64,000 bases of DNA from Vicugna vicugna (taxonomy: Eukaryota). The notes beneath the pieces were generated by a model that saw nothing but the letters and a program-made list of their open reading frames with translations, searched no databases and was not told the origin of the DNA. Position 1 is the first letter of the stretch. Every line of letters begins with the position of its first letter. The position numbers and the translations under genes were made by a program. The stretch is taken from contig MU058221.1 in NCBI GenBank assembly GCA_013265495.1, positions 3,348,001 through 3,412,000 on the forward strand, read 5' to 3'. Below are positions 1 through 9,741 of this stretch, piece by piece.

Positions 1-182
1 GTAAACTAAACTTATCTCTGGGGGTGCAGGTGTCATATTTTGGTAGTTTCGCCAAGAAAAAAAATTAAAAAGATGCAGCTGGTTGGAACCATTCATGCTT
101 CAAAACACTTTCCCTGCCATCCTGAGAGTCGACCACCTGTAACTCTATGTATGAGCCATTGAAAGTCCTTACAAAACCCCCC

Positions 183-636
183 CACAGAACTGGGATGTTA
201 TGACTGGAATGGACCTGCAAGACCATTAAGTCTACATCCTAGGACATTCAAGAGATACTGTTGTTTTAATGATAAAGCATTCTTTACACCTGACCTCCAA
301 CGAGGACAACTGTACTGCGTCCGAAGGCGGAATAGTCTGGCGTTCAGCATCTCTGATTAGTGGAGAGCAATTTGAGTATATTATGAACAGAGAAACAGAG
401 TTGCATATTATGAAAGACAGATACATTTTGAATGCTAAAAAGTATTTTTTCCAGAGTTGTGAGACGAAAAGTACTATCCTGCAGTCTCTTCTCACTGATA
501 TTGGGGTCAAATAAAATACGTGTAATTTCCTTTTCCTGAGACAGCCCTGCACATATACCTAGAGCCAGCCGCAGGCCCCCTATGCGTTGCTTCTCCTTCA
601 ACGTAAATATTGCTAATTTCCCCAGCCTTTCCTCAT
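183..636 (-). mobile_element. Ancient CR1/L3 LINE, 3' end
   Basis: Minus-strand translation EERLGKLAIFTLKEKQRIGG resembles the CR1 ORF2 C-terminus ([20 protein letters not shown]). Downstream sequence follows L3 order (GGGCTGTC ... TTGGAGGT ... AGGTCCATTCCA ... TTCTGTG tail). Confidence 0.75.
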
Positions 637-804
637 TCAAATAAATAAATATAAAACATGCCCGTGCAAAGACAATTTCAGTTCCTTTTACAAAACTTCC
701 TGAGAGTTAAGGGAAAAAAAAAACCAAACTAAAAGTCCTGTGTCTCCCTCTTCCTCCCCCATCTCTCTTTCTCAGGATTGGACGACCCAAAGCTTAATTC
801 TGTT

Positions 805-925
805 TAATCATCACAGCAACTCTGAAGGTCAGATATGATTTTGTCCACTTTGCTAATAAAGAAATCACGGCTTTTTGAGGGCAAGTGCATTTCCCAGCAG
901 CTCAAGCTCAAATGTAGCTCCTTCT
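805..925 (-). mobile_element. MIR SINE fragment
   Basis: taatcatcacagcaactctgaaggt...tccactttgctaataaagaaatcacggct resembles the reverse MIR core. Confidence 0.55.
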
Positions 926-1059
926 GATTGGGAGCGCGTCCCACCTGGCCGCGGGGTGTATAAACTGGACCGCCTGTCACAGAAGGGGCTTGATGTAAAC
1001 TGTACTGGCTGGGGAGGTACCCATCTATTCTGCGTTTCCATTCATTCCAATCCAGGACA

Positions 1060-1370
1060 CAAAACAGACGAACCTCAATGTGATGCTGAGTGAAGGAGTT
1101 CAGACCTGAAAGACTCTGTTGTGTAATTCTACTTACTGGAAACTAACAACAGCAGCAAAAACAGCAGATCTGTCACAGCAGGTGCCCAGGACTGGGGAGG
1201 GGCATGAACATGGGAACGGGTGCTGCAGACGGGTACCAGAAGCCAGGTCACGGACATTTCTTAAACTGGATTGCGGTGATGTCTGCAAAACTGTTAAAAC
1301 TTACTGAAGCTTACTATACACGGAAAAGGGGAACTTTTATTTTATGGGAAGTATGCCTCAGTGAAGCTAC
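1060..1370 (+). mobile_element. Old L1 (L1MB/L1ME-like) 3' UTR fragment
   Basis: gacgaacctcaa..tgatgctgagtgaagga ... aaactggattgcggtgatg ... tatgcctcagtgaagct matches old L1M 3' ends. Confidence 0.65.
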
Positions 1371-2469
1371 TGAACAATACTACCAAGGACTTCTTAGAAA
1401 AACAAGAAGGGATCGAAGGAGCTGTAGAGTTTGCACCTCGACAGCACAGTTCTTTCTGCACTGAGATGTCACAGACTACATGTCATGCTGCCATTTCACA
1501 TATAGTAAGAGAGAGTTCTGCAATCCTATTAAATTATTAAGTTAAACTATAAAATATTTGCTTGTAGTTATTTTATATGTATTTTTTCTTAAGTATTGTT
1601 AAATTTGGACCAAAACTTGTCTTACATGATCACAACAGCGTGTACACCTCGAAGAAGCTCACAGAGGCATTGAGAATGATGAGTAAGTCACGACTGCTGT
1701 TTGGCTTCTAAGTACACGCTGCTTTCAGAAATGATGAGACATGAAAAACACACGCATGTTAGACTGTGCGCTAAACACCAGAGTAAGAAGAAAACCAAAG
1801 GCCCAGAATAGTCTACATCTGGGACACAACGAGGAGGCAGCTGGGTGAGGACAGGGAAGGAAGATGCTTCATGGGAGAAAAACTTGGTAAAGACAAATGG
1901 CCCGAGATGCAACGAGCTGGAGCAGGCAGGGTAAGCACCGAGAAACCACGCGTCAGCACCACACGAGAAACTCACCGAGGCCGAGACCACACCTCGGGTC
2001 ACCAGTGGCCCATCAGCAATCAACATCATCGCGGGCCGCCTCCCCAGAGGAGCCAGGGCCACTGGACTGGCCCCTCCATTAAGTGTGTGTAGTGAATTTG
2101 CACAAGTGCAACCTGCTTACGCCTCGAGACTTGCTGAGCTCCGTCTCAGCTGGTGTGTCCCCCCCGGGCAACGATCTAGAACGCTCCCAAGCCCACTCAG
2201 CCCTCAAGCCAAATGGGGAGTCTCTGTTAACTCAGAGAGATGCTCAGAGATGGCTGCGGTACAGAAGGAAGAGCCCAGCATCTGTGCTCAGGCAGGACGG
2301 AATGGCAAGAAGCACTTACCTCCCTTCTACGTATCACTCTATGTTTCAAAGGAAAAAACCGGTAACGATTTAATTGTGAAAACCACCAGCTTTGAGCAGT
2401 GTCTTGAGCGCACGGCAAGGAAAAGAGCATGACTTCTGAGAGCGAGCAGGTCAAGGGCATATGAGCAAT

Positions 2470-2640
2470 TTGACCTTGCACGTGTCATCTCAACTGCCAG
2501 GGGGTCAGTTTCCTCCTTCTGAAGTGGGGACACTAATAACCAACTTTCTTACATTGTTGTAAGAACTAAGTTAAGACTGCACCTAATAATATGGTGCCTT
2601 GAAAACAGTAAAAGATCAATAAAAATCTAGTATCATTATG
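2470..2640 (+). mobile_element. MIR SINE fragment
   Basis: tgaccttgca...tcagtttcctccttctgaagtggggacactaata...ttgttgtaagaactaa matches the MIR core. Confidence 0.7.
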
Positions 2641-2752
2641 GTCGCCATCATCACCACCACCCCCATTATCAAAACCGCGTAATTATCATCATGACGACTA
2701 CACTGTTAGAGTCTCAGTTTGGAGAAGTTTCTGACTTCTGGGCTGTTCTTAC

Positions 2753-2791
2753 CTGGACAAGTGACTGTTATTTTTAACTCAAATACAAATA
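2753..2791 (-). other. Candidate 39-nt exon of an unidentified minus-strand transcript
   Basis: Minus strand reads cttttgtgtattttcAG|TATTTG...TGTCCAG|GTAAGA, with a strong acceptor and donor in non-repeat sequence. No transcript evidence is available. Confidence 0.3.
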
Positions 2792-4222
2792 CTGAAAATA
2801 CACAAAAGCTCAGCTGTAAAGTGCCTTTGCTTAACAAACAGTAAAGAGGCAACAGTGTCTGGAGAGTCTGAGAGGTTTAGCTCATCCCAGCTGGTTTCTT
2901 CACGTGAGGACACTTCCCTAGGACCCTGGTGGAAGTGTCCCATCTCAACTGTCGATGTGAGGCGCACGACAGCTGAAATCTGGTGTGCTCAGATTTCATC
3001 GCTGGTTGTATCTCAGCCTGCCACAGACTCAGCTACTTATATTACTGTCACAACATCCAGATTTGGTGCCGCGTTGCAAAAAAAATTTTTTTTCTGTTTT
3101 CAGGATGACAGGACCATCTCTCAATCCTCGGCTTTTCTCCTTACTGGTTTTGCAAATAACAGACTCACTAAAAAGTTCTCCCTTGCAAGGCCGGCTCCAA
3201 TGTATGCTTTCCAGGAGCACAGAGTCCATGAAGATAATACTTGTTAAAAAAAAAAAAAAGGAAAGAAAGAAAAAGAAAAGTCGACTACAACAGTTCAATG
3301 AAGCTAATGCACGTTAAGAAAAACACCTTGCACCTTACACTGCAATATGTGCACAGTGTTGTTGTATGTATGTTCCTGCGTGAAGATGTGTCTCTCTGCA
3401 TGTATCCCAGCCACACAGAGACCAGATTCAAGTACAGGGTGGCACTAGAGCTGAGTTTTCTCCCTTTCTGAAATGTCAGGTTGCCTTAGAAAGTTCCAGA
3501 AACTGCTGAACGCTAGGATGCGGTAAAAGACTAGGGAGGTTTGATACAATTATGTCCAAAACAGACAAAGCAGTCCTCAGGGTCAACAGATCCGCCAGAC
3601 AGCCCACCGACCACCTCCAGGGCAGAAGATAAAATGCTTTCCCCTGCTTGTTACTTCAGGAATCGTACTAAGCAGATCTGCATACAGTTATTTCCTGTGA
3701 ATTATTTCAGTCTCATACTTTGAGTTGTTTCTGTCCTAATAACACTCTTAATTACGGGCATAAATTAAATTTTTCATTTTTAACAAATGAGGTGGGAATA
3801 CAAATAGCAAGTCATTAAAAATCAAGTGTACCATAATGACCTAATTTGAGTTAAAAATGTGTTTAAATTCCCAATTAATCCAGATATCTGTGGCAGTTCA
3901 TAAACAAATGACAAACAAAAGGTGACAAGTTGAAGTTGGATAATTCTGAGGGTCTAGAATCCGTGATTATTCTCTCCCTTTTCAATCACTTCCTTCGAGG
4001 TCTTTTTCTTAAAAAAAACGTAAGTGGAAAAGTTAGATTAAAAAAACAAAGGACGAGGAAAAAAAAAGGTAATCCTGTGTTTGGCAGGGTTATTGTATAA
4101 ATCCTACCATATATTTAAAATTAAACTGTTTCCTTTCTGGGAGGGTGTTCTTAAGTCTTTCACAATCAGGAAGAAGTGCTTGACAACTCAGATCAGGAAG
4201 CAGTTTTCTTTCTCCTACATCG

Positions 4223-4241
4223 TGTGTGTGTGTGTGTGTGT
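4223..4241. repeat. (TG)n microsatellite
   Basis: Direct reading. Confidence 0.9.
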
Positions 4242-4769
4242 TGAAGAGAGAGAAAAAGGGAGAGAGTGGAGAGAAGCAATCAATGTGTTTTTGTTTACTC
4301 ACTGACCAGAATTTTCTACCTACTCCTCAGCCATAGTTTCCTTCGGTTTTACTTCCACTAAAGATGGCCAAGCTGTCTGAAGTGAAGATAGTGAGATGTG
4401 AGTCATTACTAGTAGGTGGTAAGTCAGAAAATTTATAAAAACTTCAGTTAGGATTCAGTCCAACGACCCCATCTCCACATCCCCTGGCAGAGCCCACGCT
4501 TGGATGTTCGCTAAAGAGCGCGACATGGGTCAGGAGAGATGCCCATGATCACAAAGACATAGGAAATGTATTTTATATATCTGCATCTGAACTTGTTCAC
4601 AGACTTCTATTTTTGTAATAGTATTTGCTGAGATAGAATATGGAGTCTGAAGTTGAAAAGAAAAAAAAATTCTAAACTTCTCAAAAATTCTAGCACTTTT
4701 CAAAAAATTCCAAAGATGCTGGATACAGACCAGCTCCTTCCTCAGGTACCTCTCCCTCAGCAGAACATG

Positions 4770-4920
4770 GCTCTGTGACTTGCAAGTCACGTCCCTTCTC
4801 TCTCTTCACCTCAGTTTTCCCATTTGGAAAATGGGATCATAATACCTACCATTCAGGACTGTAGAAAGAAATAAAATGATTAATGTAGAGGCTGAGCTCC
4901 ATGTCACGTACACAGTAAAT
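4770..4920 (+). mobile_element. MIR SINE fragment
   Basis: ctgtgacttgcaagtcac...cctcagttttcccatttggaaaatgggatcataatacctacc matches the MIR core. Confidence 0.75.
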
Positions 4921-4999
4921 ACAAAGATTACACAAGAGTAGTCAGCTAGTCATCCAAAATATCCCAATCATCATCTAAATGAAGATAAATGACTTATAT

Positions 5000-5252
5000 T
5001 CATTTTCCCCCAACACTTTCATTTTGAAAAATTTTCAGCGTATAGAGAAGTCAAAAATGTACAAGAAGCATTCACACGTTTTTCACCCGATTCACCAATA
5101 TTTGGCCATCTTGGCTCCACTTCTTGATAGATGACACATATATACACCTAGATACACACATAGAAAGACTCACACACACACAGATCACACAGATGCATGA
5201 AGAGATGCACAGACTATCTCTGCTGAATGTTTAAAGAGTAAACTGCAGATTC
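5000..5252 (-). mobile_element. Old L1 (L1MC4/5-like) 3' end
   Basis: ttcattttgaaaaattttcagcgtatagagaag...ttcacccgattcaccaa...ctgaatgtttaaagagtaaactgcaga matches a reverse L1MC-type 3' terminus. Confidence 0.6.
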
Positions 5253-5257
5253 TCACT

Positions 5258-6221
5258 GGAGTGACGTCAGGTAACGACAAATAGGTGGTTCCCGACTTCA
5301 ACCCCTCGCTCACAAAAGAGCAACCGGCAACTGTACAGAGGAAGTTGCCGAGAGAGGCTCAAGCACCCCGTGGACCACAGGGTAACGGGGCGGCTTCCCT
5401 TTGACTGCATGGCCCCTCCCCAGGCGGAGCACTGCCCTGACGGGGTCCCCTCAACCTGTGTTTCTACAGGGAAAAGAGGCGTCCAAGGCGGACACTGAAC
5501 TTGCTCAGAGTCCCAGGTGCTTGCTGGGAAGCCCGCCTAGAGCATGGCTCGTGGGGTCACTGGGGGTATCAGCTCGAGAACGAAGTGGGTGCAGGGGACT
5601 CACAGTGTGTCCCTGCTGGGGGCTGCACCCTGGTGGGGATTCCAGCCCGCAGCTCCGCCCCCCTACAGAGCTGAGCCAGCGTCCCCAGCTGGCCAGGGAG
5701 CACAACTGGCCGTTCTGCTCAGTTTGGGTTTCTAGCCTGTGGGCTGCCCTGGCCAAGGAGCACCTTCTACAGCATCCTCAAGCATTAGAGCAAATCACCC
5801 ACCGCTGAGCACAGCCTCGGGCCCCGCCTGACCAGGGAGCCCGACCAGAGACCCCGAGCACCAACCAGAGAGCCCAGCCTGTGCCACCGCCCAGGCAGAC
5901 GGCCGAGCCGGCAGACCGCCCACCTGCTGAGCGGGGCATCTGGCTCCCCCTGAACTAGCAGCCTCAACAGTGGCTCCAGGAAGCCTGGCGAAGCTCAGGG
6001 GACAGTCCGCAGCCCTGGGCAGCCGCGAGGCCCCACCCAGTGGCGCTGCCAGATGGCTGACCGCAGCCTGCAGCCTCACCAGGCAGAGAGCCCCACCAGC
6101 ACCCCCACCTAACCACAGGGCGTAGCCTGCACCCCTCAGACCAGGCCGCCCAGCACGACCACGGCCAGCGACGCGCGGCCGGCGGCCGGCCCGACCACGA
6201 AGCCCAACCTGTGCTCCCACC
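5258..6221 (+). mobile_element. GC/CpG-rich L1M-type 5' UTR
   Basis: Begins GGAGTGACGTCAG..AATAGG..CCCGACTTCA like L1M 5' ends, is GC-rich with degenerate CCAGAGA/CAGCC repeats, and abuts an L1 3' segment. Confidence 0.6.
5262..5269. promoter_or_regulatory. Perfect CRE palindrome TGACGTCA at the L1 5' end
   Basis: Sequence seen directly; function not shown. Confidence 0.3.
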
Positions 6222-6802
6222 GGTACAGCCACAGTGGAAAACATCTGGAGGTTTCTCAAAAAAATCAAACACAGAACTAAAATATGATCGATCACTACCA
6301 CTTCTTCGTATGTATCTAAAGAAAACGTCATCCCTTAGAGAGACATCTGCATGCCCGTGTTCATTGCACTGTTATTCCCAGTAGCCAAGACAGAGAAACA
6401 GACTAATTTTTTATTCATGGTTGAAGGGATAAAGAAAATGTGAAAAAAAGTAAATACATACACACATAAATTATTCAGCTTTAAAGGAGAAGGAAATCTT
6501 TTCTAACAACATGGATGAACAATGAAAAATATTTAAGCTGAATTCACAGAAACAGGAAATAGACTGGTTGTTGCTAGGAGCCGGGGAATGGGTAAAATGG
6601 GAAGATACTGGTCAAATGGTGCAAACTTTGAGTTATAAGATGAATCAGTTTTGGGAATCGATGCACAGCATGGAGAATACAGTTAACCATAATAGATCGT
6701 GTACTTGAAATTTTCTAAGAGAACAGACCTTGAATAGCCTCACTACAATAACGGTAACTGTATGAGTTGATGGACGTGTTACCGAACATTAGTGTGGTGA
6801 CC
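6222..6802 (+). mobile_element. L1 (L1MA-like) ORF2 end and 3' UTR
   Basis: ggtacagccacagtggaaaacatctggaggtttctcaaaaaaat...tgttcattgcac...gttataagatgaat...ttgaaattttctaagaga...gatggacgtgtta. The poly-A tail is missing. Confidence 0.85.
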
Positions 6803-7279
6803 AAAATCTGCCTGAAAGATGCATTCAAGGTACAGAAGGAGCCAGCACGTGGACACACGTTAACAGACACGCACTGGCTAATAGCTACACGATCTCTCCT
6901 CATGATGGCTCAAGTAGACAGTGGTAGTTCCATCCTCACGTGAGATAAACGTGATACGTGAGACAGCTGGCATGCAACTTTGGAGTTGAGAACTTTGTAC
7001 ATGGTTTCTTACTTGTCAAAATGCTACGTAGTTCAATGGCAAAGTTCAGCCCTGGGCATATGGAGGATGCTATTTCGGGATTAAGTCTCAGAGAAAGCAA
7101 ATTCAGAAGAGAGCGGTCAATTTTTGGAAGCCCTCTCCACCGTTCCGTGCTTCCACCTCCCACCCTCACACTAGGTGCCCTCTTACTGCCTGTGGCACAT
7201 TTAATTTCCCCTGGCAATGGCTTAACAGGGTCATTCCCACCACTTTACTCTCCAAAGAAACAACTGTATTTGTGTGAAA

Positions 7280-7470
7280 TCTCCAATTTGGCAAAATGTC
7301 TATCATAGTGGAAACATTATCCTGTAAGGCTGAGGACATCTAGTTGATGAGATGGTGAGATACAGTTGACAGGAAACCCTTTGATTGCCTCTCAGATCAC
7401 AAAATGTTGACGAAAATGATGTGCTACAGGACCAAACTGGGCTGATACACGGGACTTTGCAGAGAACACA
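7280..7470 (+). mobile_element. Possible MaLR (MLT1) internal fragment
   Basis: ttggcaaaa...acatctagttgatgagat...gatgtgctacaggaccaaactgg loosely resembles MLT-int. Confidence 0.3.
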
Positions 7471-7950
7471 GTCCCAGTCCACGTTTTTGTTTTGTTTCGT
7501 CTTAAGCAGCTTGCATCCAGGCTCGCGCTAAGCAAAATCTACCAAGGCCACGTCTATGCTCCCATTTTTTGCCTGTGTCCTCCTTGCAGTCCCAGTCCCT
7601 CCCTTCCCCTTTTCAGGGTTCTAATAAGCCCCTCGGCTCTCTTTCCTCTGCACAATTTGAGCTCGGCTAGGATCTCATTTAACCGCCATTTACCTCTTCT
7701 TGTGAATGTAACCACAGCCACATTAGTACTATTATTGCATTATCTTCACATATATATTTTACCTAAGAGGAGTCATTAATTTCCTAGTCTTATACGGTTA
7801 AAACATTAACTCAAATTCTGGTAAAAGAAAAAAAAAAAGAATTGTCCTCCTTACAGAAATTCCTGGCATCACCGAGTGAATCTGCATCTACAAGAGCTCC
7901 TTGGAGATCCCAAAACACTCTCTCACAAAGTGGCCACCTATTCTGCTTAC

Positions 7951-7979
7951 CCGTAAGCCAACACGGACTGCCGTCCAAT
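7951..7979 (-). other. Candidate 29-nt exon of an unidentified minus-strand transcript
   Basis: ttcttttttaaccacAG|ATTGGACGGCAGTCCGTGTTGGCTTACGG|GTAAGC: strong splice signals around a GC-rich 29-mer with three CpGs in AT-rich context. Confidence 0.35.
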
Positions 7980-9704
7980 CTGTGGTTAAAAAAGAACTGG
8001 GTTATGCATAACTGAAAGAACTGATATTCAAGTATGTTGAACCAGCTTTTCCTCTTTATTAAAAATATAAGAAAATACTCTACATGCATGCCCTGGTGAC
8101 TCTGGGAAGGAAAGCACCATCTACCTAATCTCCGAATCATTCACCTGTCAGATCAGTCCTCTAGACGAGCTTGGGTCTAACTTGAATAGAAGGAAAGCCT
8201 TCTGTTTCTCTAACCACACATTGATTTGCTTCCTTAATATGTTTATGACTTGGTGTCAGTTTTTAGAACGCTTAAGATTATAAACATATAAAAGCAAAAG
8301 AAATAGACACTTGGTGAAAACACACAGCTAAAAGCAGAAATAGCTATATTAATCTCATTTAACTTTCCAGGAGAATGTGCTTAACATTCTAGAGTTATTT
8401 AAAAAATGGATACCGTTTTTGTCTCCTCTTGCCTCTTGGACACAGTCTAAGCCTTCATGTTGCTTTGAGCAGTAAGGATTGTTCTGGAGCATCCACAGTA
8501 CAGCTAAAGACCTAATCCCAGCCCTCACACGCAAAAGATAATGAGGATTTAATACTTACATAGGCGCTTTATTAATATCACCGTATGTTTTTAAATTAAC
8601 TTTTGCTCAGCATTTTCCATAAATTTCTTCTCAAAGAAAAAAGAAAAATGTCATTCACTTGCAACAAACTGACATGCAGATAACAGATGGCTGTGTGGGC
8701 TTTTTTAGAGTAAAAAAGCATGCAGAATGAGGCACATCGTTTATTATTTTGCTTTGCCCTCTTTATCACTTTCAATCTAAACAGAAAAGTGATGTATTGC
8801 TGGAAAACGGCCCCCTCTGTGACATTTCTGATATGACTCTACAATTTCAACACCAGGGTGGTTCATTTTCTGAAATGAATGAGACATCCTTTAACATTTC
8901 ACGAATTCCATGTTTTGGAAATGAGTCTTGTAGAAACTCATTAAGCTGCTGCATAAATTCTAAAAAAAAAAAAAATCAGAAATGATAGGACTGCAATGAT
9001 AAATCGACATGTGTGAATGGAAAAGGACCAGGCAGGGCAAATCGTTGGTCAATTAATACTTCTATGCTCTGCTAAGGATACAAAAGAAACTGGGTGTCAG
9101 TTGCGTACAGCTGACGTCTGTCTTTGAGGTAGAATTTCAAAGGGGCGGTGAAGACCCCTTTCCCAGATCGCCTCCGTGAAGGTGTGTTGTTCTTTCTCAG
9201 CACACAATTTCAACTCTCACGACTTATTCTGCGCTAACTGAATGCTTACGACAGAGGTGCCATTTTGAGTTTGCCTCACAATGGTTACCCCATCAGATCG
9301 AGAGCTTAAGAACTATGTTCTAAATAACACATTTTAGCGTTGAAATGCAGATCCACCGGAGGCCAGAATTCTAGGCTTTTCACCTATTTTGCAGTTTGGG
9401 GGTTTTAGTTTAAAAATGTCATTGTTATTAATGTATCATTACTGCAGTAATGAATTATAGTTTATGGCTTCAGAGAAACAATGTTTACCCAAGAAAATAC
9501 CAAAATAACAAAAAATGTTAACAAAACTCTATTTTGTAAGTTTCCTATTTTCCAAATATTCTTTCTTATCATTATGAGAAACTCATTATTTTGGAAGGAG
9601 AACACTGTTTCTAGCCTTAAAAATCATATAAAATCACAGAGCAACAAAATATTTCTGATCATTGAAAAAAAACGGGAAGTTTCCAGATCTCACTTAGACC
9701 GCAG

Positions 9705-9741
9705 TAACCCTAGCCCTAACCCAAACCCCTAACCCTAACCC
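9705..9741. repeat. Short degenerate interstitial telomere-like repeat (TAACCC) x ~6
   Basis: taaccc tagccc taaccc aaacccc taaccc taaccc. Confidence 0.8.

Noticed and set aside
2905..3030. H/ACA snoRNA interpretation of the double hairpin
   Set aside because: No ANANNA hinge box on either strand, and hairpin A (~43 nt) is short with no obvious pseudouridylation pocket.
5401..6331. Long GC-rich ORFs (135 aa +, 178 aa -, 102 aa -)
   Set aside because: Explained by stop-codon depletion in a GC-rich L1 5' UTR; no recognisable domain.
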